In this document: in pieces, positions 26,823 through 38,716 of the stretch
Layout: every line of letters starts with the position of its first letter
How positions within the stretch are numbered: the first letter of the stretch is position 1
From: Harriotta raleighana
Lineage: Eukaryota
Length of the DNA: 64,000 nucleotides
Direction: 5' to 3'
Assembly (NCBI GenBank): GCA_050575255.1
Contig: JBNZDD010013638.1
Coordinates: forward strand, 825,726 to 889,725
Position numbers and translations under genes: made by a program
The notes under the pieces: model-generated
What the model saw: only the letters and a program-made list of their open reading frames with translations
Database searches by the model: none
What the model was told of the DNA's origin: nothing

Positions 26823-29018
26823 AAAGTGCTTGCAGGGATTACTGTAAAGTGTTGTGTCTTATTATATAGGTCATCTAATTTCTTAAAGTAATTATCTGAT
26901 TGCTAAAATGCCAGCTAGGTCGCTTAAACATTGATAATTTGCCACAGAGAACAACAGTGGTGACCAGCAATGAAACTGCAGTTGAGTTTCGCTGAAACAA
27001 CAATATTTACAGGATCCTTCATGCAGTGTAAAATCTCAGAGCACCGGAGCATATTAGGAGAAAAGAGGAGACCATTCAATCCATTGATTTCTGCCACTTA
27101 ATTTGATTTCGGAAGATATTTTAATTCCACAAATATACAGTCAATTCACATCACAGTATATTCTGCGAAGCGCTTGGAGACGTCTAGAAGATGTGAAAAG
27201 CGCGATATCAAGTACAAGGATTATTATTAGTATTATTATTATTGTATGCCTCGAGGCCCTCATCATCAATTCGAGTTTGGCAAGTGGGTTGTAGAAGATG
27301 CAACAGATTAATTCTGCAACAAATAAAAGCATAAGAAAAAAAGTGACCCTTAAATGGGCACGGGACTCATAAACAGCTTTGCAAAATAATTTGAGCAATG
27401 TTCTCTTGTGGTGAAAAAACTCAGATAGAATTGGGCTTCTTTATACAGTAATTCCCTCCACAAATAGGGCATTGACATTTATTGTCCACTCATAGATATG
27501 AAAAATGGCGCTGGGTTTGTTACATGAGAAATGCAATGCAAATGTAGCACACATGGTACAGTACCACCCACACACATTGCCACCTTCAGGAAAGAAAAGG
27601 TAACAACAACAACAACAACAAAATTACATTAGTTTAGCGCCGTTCACGTCCCCAGGGAGTACGTTCCTAGGTGCTTAAATTAAAGTGAGAATGTTCGATT
27701 TGGACAAAAAAAAATTCAAATGCATTCCCCAGCTCGAAATCTTTCCTCAGGTTCCTCTCAGTCCTGGGAAAAGCAGCATTCAATATTTATCTATAAATAG
27801 TGCTGCTTTTCCCAGGACTGAAAATGGGCATGGGGAACCATCTGTCACCAAACTGTGAAAGAATTGTGCCTCGTAAATAGCCTCGTAAACTTGCATTGGA
27901 CTGATACTTAGACATAACGAATGTGCTAACAATAATAAAAATCCAGGAGATTGTAACAAATTTGTATGAGTAATGATGAGTAATAATGAATCCCACGGAG
28001 AATGTCTAGATAAATAATTTCTCGATTCCACACAGATGCGTTTTACATGAGCAATTCAAATGTAATGCATGTCATTGTTACTCTATTGTTTGTGTTTAGT
28101 GCGCTGAGTTCTAATGTCAGGTTAATTCAGTGCCAAAGCATATGCTGTGGTATGTCAGTTTACCAGAAGGCTGGTTTCTGGGTTCAATTCTCATGTCGGT
28201 CTTGATCTCATAGTCTAGCCTGAGTGTGGGCAATACTAGGGGAGTGCTACATTGTCCCAGTTGCTGTGTTTTTCTGGAGGTGAAAAGTACAGATCCTATG
28301 ATACTTGGGGGAGAAATAAGAAAAATGTTTCCTCTGGTGACCAGGTGAACAGCCAAGCAGATTGCCTGTTTGTGGGGCCATGCTCAAGCAAATGGTGATT
28401 GCTCTAGTCAATACCAGGAGTGACTGCACTTGATAGTAGTAATACGTGAAGTGAAGTGTATTGATGTGATGAGGCTACGAAGTTCTTGATTGCGGTTTAT
28501 CGACAAGTCGAGTTAAAGAATAAATTTGCAGGAATTCCTAAAAGCATTCCTTGTGTTGATTAAGGCAAGGAACATGTTAAGCAACATTACAAATTGCACT
28601 ACAGGCTTCCTATTGACAGTGCCTACTGTTTCCTCTATGAATACAGATGCGCGTATTTTCGAGATTTACTGAATTCAATAAAAATTCATGAAAAGGCCTA
28701 AATATGGATTGTAATCAGTTCTTGGATAAATTGTCTTGCACTAAATGACAAAAGTTGGTGAAATCATAATGCGAGTCCAGAGGCCCAGATTACAAAGCAA
28801 TCTATGCAGAGAATCGTTGAGTGGAGACTGGGATTTCAATTTGAGCAGGAGAGCGAGACATTAACTGAAACTCTAATTTTTTGCTCTTGTAGCACTGTTC
28901 TTAGTATTTCATGGAAAGTGGAAAGAAAACAAGATGATTGTTAATAGAGGGTCAGTTCAATAAAGAATTGCTGGGTAAATGTGTCAGAGGAAAGATGGTC
29001 GGTAAAGTATTCCTGCTT

Positions 29019-29941
29019 CAGTTAACCCTTGTCGATCGCGGGGGTTACGTTCCTGGAAACCTGCGCGCTCAACAAAATCGCGTTGGAGAAGCTTAAGAAG
29101 TAATGGGAGAAGAGGGGTTAGGGGAATCCAGTTGCAAGCTACCCACCTCAAGCCTCCAAGCACATTAGATGCAAGGTACCTGCTGAGGCGGGCTACAGCT
29201 GGCTGGCCCACTCCTCGCTCCGCCCGCCTCTTCCCGCTCTTGTTGCTCCCCCCCAAACTCTTCATGCTCTCGTCTCTCCTACCACCCAGGAAGTGGGCGA
29301 ATCAGGGCAGCACAGGAGGGAGGCAGAGGGAAATCGGGAAGAGCGGCTTGGAGGCGGGCGGGACTCGGGAGGTGGGGGCAGTGAGCCGATCGGAGGGTGG
29401 GGGACTTGGGGAAATGGGGTTAGCGAGCCGCTTGGGGGGCAGAGTGCTGAGGATAGGAGACACAGAAAGGTTACAGCAGCTTTGTTCTTGCTTTATTGCT
29501 GTAATAAAGTGATAACAAAGCAGTAAAGCAATAAAAAAAAGCAATAAAACAACAGGGTAGATTAGCCTTCATTGCTGTACGATCCTATCTCTATGCCTCT
29601 TCTGTTTATCATGTAACGCAATAAGATTCTCCGAGGCCGAAGCGTTATTCTATTTACTCAGAACGCATTGCGCGCGGGGCCAGCCAGCCAAGGAATCTTT
29701 GGCTTTAGTCGGGATCTGCCGGCCTCGTCAAAAATGCGCATGTGCATGGGTCCGGCCAGCCGTGGAATCATCGGATATAGTCGGGAACTATTGGCATCTT
29801 CACCCATGCACATGCACGCGGAGGCCAGCCAGTGCATATACACAAGTTTTATGCGCGCTGCACAAAAAAGTTTTTGTTTTTGTTTCATCGCATATACTTG
29901 AATTTGTAATTGATAAAGTCTCCTTCGACGAGGGTTAACTG
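29019..29941. mobile_element. Tigger/Tc1-mariner-like non-autonomous DNA transposon, GC/CpG-rich
   Basis: TIRs cagttaacccttgtcga / tcgacgagggttaactg, right flank TA; no transposase ORF. Confidence 0.78.
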
Positions 29942-29998
29942 TATACTATACAGTAAAGTGTCCCTCCCCCCACACCTCAAAATATAAAGTCAATTCAA

Positions 29999-30452
29999 TT
30001 GAGTTACAATGATAGGTTGATTAACTTGAGCCTATATTCTCTGGAATATAGAAGAATTAGAGTGGAATTTATAGAAACCTATAAGATTATTAAGGGGCAT
30101 GACAGAGTAGATAGTGGAAGATTGTTTCCCCTGGTTGGAGAAACTAAAACCAGGGGACACAGTCTTAAAGTTAGGGGTCAGCCCTTTCGCACAGAGTTGA
30201 GAAAAAACTTCTTCACTCAGAGGGTATTGAATGTATGGAATTCTCTACCCCAAAGGGCTATTGATGCTTAGTCCTTGAACATATTCAAGACTGAGATAGA
30301 TAGCTTTCTATTCATAGAGGGATTAAGGGATACGAGGATAAGGCAGGTAGCTGGAGTTAGAGTGGAATATCAACCATGATTGAATGGTGGGGCAGGCTCA
30401 AAGGGCCAAATGGCCTACTCCTGCTCCTACATCTTATGTTCTTATGTTCTTA
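29999..30452 (+). mobile_element. CR1 LINE 3' end
   Basis: ORF 29999..30271 LYSLEYRRIR..IETYKII..TRGHSLK..FFTQRVLNVWNSLP; tail (tcttatgt)2. Confidence 0.92.
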
Positions 30453-31465
30453 TTTTATTATATATTCTGTGAAATGCTTTGAGTTGTCTTAAAAATGTGA
30501 TAAAGTGCTATAACAAATGCAAGTATTATTATTGTAAATTAAAGGGCGGATCCTGCACAGACTTTGGAACCTAAATTCTACTCAATCTTTTTGTCATGTA
30601 GCAGAAGAAGAAAGTTTCTGTTTTAATGATAAGAAAACAGCCTGGAGGCAGCTGCAAGGCATTCTGTGCAAATGTATAGAATACCGGGAGTAAAACATGT
30701 TTGTTTCAAGCTCAGTGCAAAATGTATTGTTGACAGGAATGAACAGTCTCAAGTACGAGAACAAAAGATTCCTTTGACATTTCTGTTTCACTGTCTCAAA
30801 ATCATTGAATCCTTTTAATTTTCAGGATCATGCCTAGTTCCTTTTTTTAAACCTTTTGGTAGTTCCTTGTTATATTTTGTGAAGAACGTTTAGGCTATAA
30901 AGGTTCTATATAAATGCAAGCTCCCATAATTATTTTCTCACCACATGTGCTGCTAAGGTAGTTTCTCCTGTATGCCTATCACCCATTCACAAAACAAGAA
31001 ATCTGCCCTTTCCTATTCCTTTTTGTCATATTTATAGCCCTTGTTATTCAATTTTATAAACAGCAAAATAATTGTGTGCATCATTTTTTTTACTGTGCAT
31101 TATTTTGAGCATCTTCATCAAATTCTTCTCAGTCTTCTCTTTTCAGGAGAGAAAAAAAAACTAGAGTGGCCAATCTTTATTCATAGCTAGTCATTTACAA
31201 AAATACAGATCAGGTAAATTGAGCAGAATGGATTGCTCTTTCAAAGATCCAGCACAGATACAATAAGTTAGCTGGTCTTCTTCGATACTGTAAATTTATA
31301 TGGTTCCTTCCCTGAAGTACACAAATAACAATTTGCATTTATAGAGCACTTTTCAAGTGTCCCAGAGCGCTTGACAATGGCAGAGCTTGACACTGAGCCA
31401 GGTAGTGAAGGTTTGTGTTCATGTGCACAATCGAAGAGGAAGGTTTTTCGGCATCATCTAGAAGA

Positions 31466-32400
31466 TAATAATAATCCTTGCATTTGATATAGTGCTTTTC
31501 ACATCTTCTAGATGTCTCAAAGAGCTTCACAGAATATACTGTAAACAACAATGACAACAAAATTACATTTGTATAGTGCCTTTCACCTCAAGAGAATGTC
31601 CCAAGACGCTGGACAGATACTGCTTCAGACCCGAGCTGAGGACCGGGGGTGGGGTGGGGTGGGGTTGAGGGAGAGTTGCCGATGAGTTCATTGAAGAGGA
31701 GGTCAGGGAGGGGGCGAGGCGGAGGGACTTCAGGATGGAGTTCCAGAGGTTGGGGGCAGAGTGACTGAAGGCTCACCTGCCAATGGTTGGATGGATGGAT
31801 TGGGGGACATGGAGCAGGCAAGAGCCTGCTGAATGGAGGAGGTGGGCAGGTTGGTAAGGGGATAAGAGATCACGAATGTAGGATGGGGCAAGGTTGTGGA
31901 GGGCTTTAAATATGAGGACCAGGATCTTGAATTAGATCCTCTGGATGATGGGGAGCCAATGGAGTCAGGCAAGGATGGGGGAGATGGGGGTCACAGAGTT
32001 TGGAAAGGTAGAGGATACAGGCTGCAGAGTTTTGGATTATCTGCAGCCTGTGGAGGGAGGAATTGGGAAGGCCGACCAGCAAGGCATTTGCATAGTCGAG
32101 CCGGGATGTAATGAAGGCATGGATGAGGGTTTCAGCAGCTTTAGAGGTGAGGCAATGGCGAAGTCAGGAAATGTTGCGGAGGTGGGGAAAGGCAGAGCGA
32201 GTCATTGTTTGAATGTGAGTGAAGTGACTGTATATTTGTGAGCAGCAGCCAATTGCATACAGCAGTGTCCCACAAGCAGTCATGGATTGAATTAAAGAGG
32301 GCAAGGTGAAGGAATTGAAGCAGACATTTCCAGAGTCTTGGGACGTAGTGACCGAAACACAGCCACGGATGGTGAGTAGAGAGGACAAGGGATATTCAGG
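31466..32400 (-). mobile_element. SINE tail abutting an L2 fragment (31545-32200), plus further L2/SINE pieces
   Basis: L2 RT C-terminal sequence with (GTT)-type tail; SINE core at ~32215-32295. Confidence 0.75.
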
Positions 32401-33996
32401 AGCCTGGAGCCAGTTTAGTGGTTCTGGACTATCCAGTTACAATAATAGTACAGTAAATTCCTTTGAAGCACTTTGAGATATCCTGCTGATGTGAGGCAAA
32501 AACATGGATTATTGTACTATTACATATTTAATCCACGACTATTTGTGGGACAATGCTGTGTGCAATTAGCTGCAGTGTTCCACCCACAAATATATAGTCA
32601 ATTCACTTTACAATATATTCTGTGAAGGGTTTTGAGACGTCTAGAAGACGTGAAAAGCGCTAAACCAAATGAAAATATTACCATTATTATTGCATTATCA
32701 CCTCATTATACATTAATTTTAATGGTATCTCAAAATTAAATAGTAGATGTTGCATTGGTTGCTTATTGTTTTCTTGTGAAAATAATTGACTGGCACCAGG
32801 AGTATGGGTTTTGTTTTTGCATAGATTAAATATAAACCTAATAATGACTCGAATGATGCAGACGAGTGTTGGTTGTGTTATATTCACATTGCAATGTGTA
32901 GAACACTGGGAATTGAGATTCGAGCTGACACTTTTAGAATTAAATATTGAAGCTACACATTGTAGAAGACAATTCAACTGCCATAAAATGTGTCAACCAT
33001 TAGCAAATGAAAAACATGATGGGCAAAAAGAAGTAATAATTTTCTCTTTCTTAACAAACGTTATTAATTTTTACTGTCGTAAAATATCAGTGGCAGAGTG
33101 TGACATTTATAACATTGACATTCCTGTAATAAAATGATTCATTTTTACACCAATGTTTGTTCATTTCTGGGCTGTGATGGAGGGAGATGTGTTACTTGAA
33201 TGCGAACGCCAGAGAATATCGCATTGAGATATTGAAAAGAAGATGGTGTGACCCAGAAGGTAGCTGCAGGAGGCTAAATAAAGTTATTTCTAAGTACCTG
33301 CAAAGTGGAAAGGCATCAAGCCAGAAGCCCAGCATCAGAAGAAGGCAATTAATATGAGTCTGGAAAGATCTCCAGTGGACTGGAAGGTTCCCTCTGGCTA
33401 ATAATTTTGACATCTACACAACCATTGAGACAGTGTACTTATATTAAAATACCAGGGACCTGAAATCTGCCTTAACCTTAAGAAAGTTTTACATGGAATT
33501 ACACAGATTGTCCAGCACAAAATCATGCCATTCAGCCTACCTAGTCTGTGCCAGTGCTTATATTCTGCATGTGTCCTGCTCTCGTAATCCTCCTTCCATA
33601 CACCCCCCCACCCCCACTCGCCCCCACAACCTCCATATCACTTTATTTCCTGAATATTATGCAGGAATTTGGAAAACAGCCTTAAATTTAGTCAGTTTCA
33701 AAGCCAATTTTCCAGTACTACGGAAAAATAGCTATCAATTCTTTTCCACAATGTTGCTTATTCTTCGTTTTTCTGCATGTTGATCTTAAGCCATGGGGAA
33801 TTTCCGGTACCAAAAGGAGTGTATGAAGCTAATCAGACACTGAACAAGGAAACAATTGGTTAAGACAGTATGTTAAAGAGTAGAAACTTAATACACAATA
33901 TTTAATCATCAGTGATCCCATCTCAGATTGTCTCCGAAAATATTCTGGTTGCCTAAGTGATCTTATGCACAGAAATCTGAGCATTGTGTTGTTTAT

Positions 33997-34328
33997 GGAG
34001 CTCCTGTAATTCAGTGGTTAGAGCACTCGCCTTGTGAGATCTGTGTTCGAATGCAGGGAGATCAGTGTGAAACCATGGGCAAGTTTCCTTACTCTACAAG
34101 CCTAATAATAATCCGACCAAGAAAAAACACAATAATAAAATTAGTCATTTTCAATCCACAACGGTTTGTGAAGCACTGCTGTGCGCAATGAGCTGCTACG
34201 TTTCACCCACAAATATACAGTCAATTCACTTTACAGTATATAGTATTCTGTGAAGCGCTTTGAGATGTAGATAAGATGTGAAAAGCACTATATCAAATGC
34301 AAGGATTATATTTTCATTATTATTATTG
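33997..34328 (+). mobile_element. tRNA-derived SINE, full length
   Basis: Near-identical in structure to 26508-26822. Confidence 0.9.
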
Positions 34329-35340
34329 TATGACTAGTAAAAAATAAAATAATTTGTAGATATTTGTAAGATTACAGATATCGTCCATGCACGTAATATA
34401 AATGAGGTCAGTTATGTTTAGCCTCAAAATCTTATAGAACAGATTTAGATATCTGTATTATTGCCTCTGACAATGGAGCACAACCCTCAGCACTGCATTG
34501 GAACGTCAGCCATGACTGAGAGCTCAATGTTGAACCAACAATCTTCTGACTTTTAAACATGATACCAACTGAGCCAGGCTGGCAATGTTAATAGCCATGA
34601 TTCACTTTGTGTATCTTGGCAGATCCAAGCATGTTCTCCAGGTCTCTGTAACTGAAAACATGCTTCATTATCCCAGATAAATATATGTTAGAGCTCAGCT
34701 CATGCAAGTTTTATCTGTGCACAGATATTCTACCTATTACAGTATTATGGATGGATGTTCTGGTTGACATTCCACAGCACAATAAATATTTTGTCCAGAC
34801 ACGGTAGAATAGTTGAAAACGCTAACAAAGCACTCTGATGCAAAAGAATTGATAACTGAACATGGTGTGAGTAAAATTCATCGACCAGCAGTAAAGACAA
34901 CAAAATGGGCTCCCTGCCAAGATTGGCAGATTCTCCAAAAATATCAATGTCAAATTACTGTGTCAAATAAAATTGTGAACATTTTTATAAGTTCTTGTTC
35001 AGGATTATATCAAGGTACATTTCTGTCTTCAACTCCAGAATTATTTTTTTTTACATTCATGGGAATTCTTTGTCTGGGACAATGTGAATAGATTAGTAGA
35101 TTTTAGATTGAATTGAACGAAATCCTCCCATTGTATCAATTTCAAAAATATATTAAATAAACCACCAACGTAACAGTTGAAATGTGTAAATAATGACATT
35201 TCCGTTTCTTTTCTGATTTCATCCCAACTTTTCCAATCACTTGAATGAGATTATCTTCTGTGAATTTGGGGTCTTGGAACATTCATACCTTCATTAGGCA
35301 TTGCAGTTACTGACATCCTGACTTTCCACAGGCAGCTATT

Positions 35341-35905
35341 AAGAACATAAGAACATAAGAAGCAGGAGTAGGCCATTTGACCCTTTGAGTCTGTCCTGTC
35401 ATTCAATAAGATCATAGCGGATCTTCTGACTTAACTCTAATTACCTGCCCTTTCCCCATATCCCCTAATCCCTCTATTTTTAAAAAATCTATCCATCTCA
35501 GTCTTGAAAATGTTCAAGGCCTGAGCATCTACAACCTTCTGGGGTAGTGAATTCCATAAATGTGACCCCTGGTTATAGATTCTCCTACCAGGGAAACAGT
35601 CCGTCAGTGTCTACTTTATCCAGCCCTTTAAGAATCTTATATGTTTCAATAAGGTCCCCCCCTAATTCTTCTGCACTCTAGAAAATACAGCCCTAGTTTA
35701 TTCAACCTATCCTCATGGGTCAGTCCCCTCATCCCAGCAACTAACCTCGTGAATCTGAGCTGCACCCCCTCTAAGGCAAGTATGTCCTTTTTTAAATAAG
35801 GAGACCAAAACTGCACACAATACTCTAGGTGGGGTCTCACCAAAGCCCTGCACAGTTGCAGCAAGACTTCCCTACTCTTGTACTCTAAACCTTTTTAAAT
35901 GAACG
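35341..35905 (-). mobile_element. CR1 LINE 3' fragment
   Basis: ORF 35646..35864 ALVRPHLEYCVQFWSPYLKKDILALEGVQ; (aagaacat)n tail on the plus strand. Confidence 0.92.
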
Positions 35906-37339
35906 CTATTCTCCCTGTTCACTGCTCGCGGTCAGATCTGTTAGCTTTTGATTCCCTTGTTGTGTCCCAAGCTTGGGTGGATGGCACAAAGCATGAGATT
36001 TTTTCCTCCATTAGTTGGCAACGTTTAGGAAACACCTTGATACCACATTGGGAGGATGTTAGAGTGGAACATTCTGAAGGAGGAAAGCGAGTTGGCCTTT
36101 TTCATCCAAACCTCTCTTCTAAGATACCACAGCTATTATTTAATGCCCAGGAATCTCACTTGAAATGTGTTCTCTGCAAGGGTAGACTTTGCTTCCCTTC
36201 TGTCTTGCAAATTTCTGTGATCCTATGATTATGATTCTATGATCATAGAATTGTCCCTTAATCTCATTGGTCGCCCATGAAGAAAAGAGACCGGAATGAA
36301 GGCCCACTGGCTTTTGTCTCCAGCTATAGAACAGGAGGGAAAAGGGAAGGAAACAGTAGAGGTAAGGTGAAAAGGAAAACCTTCAAGATGTTAAATATGA
36401 AAACTGCGTTCCTTTAAGTACTGTATATGAATTTGCAGGTATTCTCCAAGCATGTAAGATGTGATATAACAGAGCTGCTTGGTTTTGAAAGCTTGTAGAA
36501 CAGATGACCTAGACATACTGTCAAAGCTGACTGCTACTTCGAGCTTATAATACCTTGCAAAAGTGTGCAGGGACAAAGGAGCTGTCGCTTGACAGGCATG
36601 ATGGATGATATCAAATTCAACTCTCAACCATTTACCTAGGGATACATTTTGATTGGCTTCACATTACCACCTGATCTGGATGAAATAGGCTGTTGCCTGA
36701 ATTGTCTTAGATTTAATTATTTTCAGACAAAACCAAAAATCATTGTTGATATTTTGCTGTGCAATTTTTCTCTCTCCTTTTTTCAATCAGGACTTTGAAC
36801 AAAAGAATAGAAATCAGAAGCTTGATCTGCCTGGGGGAAAAATCTATATATGAACAGCAGCGTTTGGCCCTAGTGTTCTATTAAAGATTACCAGATAATG
36901 TTTGCACATGACTAACTTTGCTATATTAATCTACTGGTGAACACCAGTGCCATTATTTTAATACTTGATATTGAACGAATGTGAGCAAAAGATAAATCAG
37001 AGAGCCTGACATTTCTTATGTTTTTAATCTTAAAACTTGAGATTGGGCAGAAGTTTTGTTGTTCAATTCAGCCTGGTTTTTTCGTGCTCTTAAAAAGATT
37101 TAAATTAAGACAAAATTTAAAGATTACAATTCTTCACAATCTTAAATATTGAGACAATAATGTTCTTAAAGCAAGGACCATGAGAGATTGGGGCCACAGA
37201 TAATAGACAATGTGATGAAACAAATATGACAGACATGGCAACATATTGCAGCACATTATGAAATTGAGATAAAGTTGTGAAGCTTATTAATGCTGAACTG
37301 AAAGGACTCTCAGACTTAAAAAACCTGAAGGCCGAGCTC

Positions 37340-37645
37340 AACTGTAATGTATTAGTTAGAGCATTTACCTCAAAAGTGAGAGGATCTGGTTCGATCCCTG
37401 GATGGGTGAAACCTTAGGCAAGCTTCCTTAATCCATACGCCTCTGTTTACCAAGCAGTAAATAGGAATCCGGTTGTTAGTCGATTGGAGGATCACTTTCC
37501 AGGATAATTGCTTCAAAAAATAACATTTTTAGTCACTTGCCTGTTTTGGGGGCACTTATGTGTGCAATTGACACACTTTCATCCAAGAAATATACAATTG
37601 ATTCACTTTACAGTATATTTTGTGAAGCCTTTTGGGACTTCATAA
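37340..37645 (+). mobile_element. tRNA-derived SINE, longer subfamily
   Basis: B-box ggttcgatccc, extra segment ctctgtttaccaagcagtaaatagg, then Deu-like core. Confidence 0.75.
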
Positions 37646-38284
37646 GAGATTGGTTAGCCTCTGTGCCAGTGCCATTGCGCAACTTTAGAATTGTGCAAGG
37701 TTAGCGTAAGGTTACTCACTATTTGATCTTCTTCCCTTCCTGAGAGAAAGAGTCTAGAGTCTCTTTCATGTCTTACCCAATGGATTAACTGAGATTGCAA
37801 ATTTACCCAAAGCCTGGTGAATCAATAACCCTGTTATTATGTAGTTAACTTATTTTGATTGTTTTGGGCATTTTTGTGCCTTACTTCTGCTTTGTTCGCT
37901 CATACTGACATGAAAAGCACTATATAAATGTAATTTGTTGTTTGTTGTTGTTGTTAATATACTGCCATTAATGTTAACCCATTTAAAAATATGTTTAGAA
38001 TGTTTTTTAAGAAGTCATTAATTGATAACTTCTTACTATTGGATACAAAGTCAATGCTCTTAGGACTACCCTGTTTCAAACAGTAAAAGGAGCTGCTAAA
38101 ACGCTATTTGATCTGGAATATCCATTGTTGCACAACTAGAGTTCATCACCATCTGGAATTATACTCAATGTATTGGCGAGGATGCTGCCTTGTCAGAGAG
38201 CAGTTGTCTTTCTGATGAGATGCTTATCTAAGGTCCCATCTGCCTCTTCAGGTGCTGATTAAAGATCCCTCAGTAATAATAATA

Positions 38285-38716
38285 CAGTAAAACTCCATTT
38301 GTCTGGCACCCACGGGACCTGGCCAGTGGCGGTTAAATCATTTTCCGGTGAACAGATTTAATTTTTTTTTTTTTTAAATTAAAATTTAAAATAAAAAATT
38401 ATAACACATACCATAATAATAGACTAAATAATCACAGAATATTGTATTAGTACTTTATTATTTATACTTAACTTCGCAACGGCAGCCGTCAGCTGACGGA
38501 GATAAAAAAAACAAACACAAATTTTAAAAGGAGCAGGAGTGAGATTAGACCCGATTAGTGGCCAGCCACAAGTACCTGTGCGACAATCGATTCATTAAAT
38601 GCGTCATCACTTTTCGCCGGATAATTTCCGGTTCATCGAATCAGGACTTTTATTTTGAGATGGCGGTTGAATGGGTTTTCCGGTTCATCGAGTCATGGAT
38701 AAATGAGGTTTTACTG
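38285..38716. mobile_element. Tigger-like MITE, same family as 7692-8471 (inverted)
   Basis: TA|cagtaaaac...gttttactg|TA; shared internal sequence. Confidence 0.85.

Noticed and set aside
28984-29938. Cluster of overlapping ORFs in GC-rich sequence
   Set aside because: Lies inside a TIR-bounded non-autonomous element; stop-poor because of GC content, with no transposase motifs.
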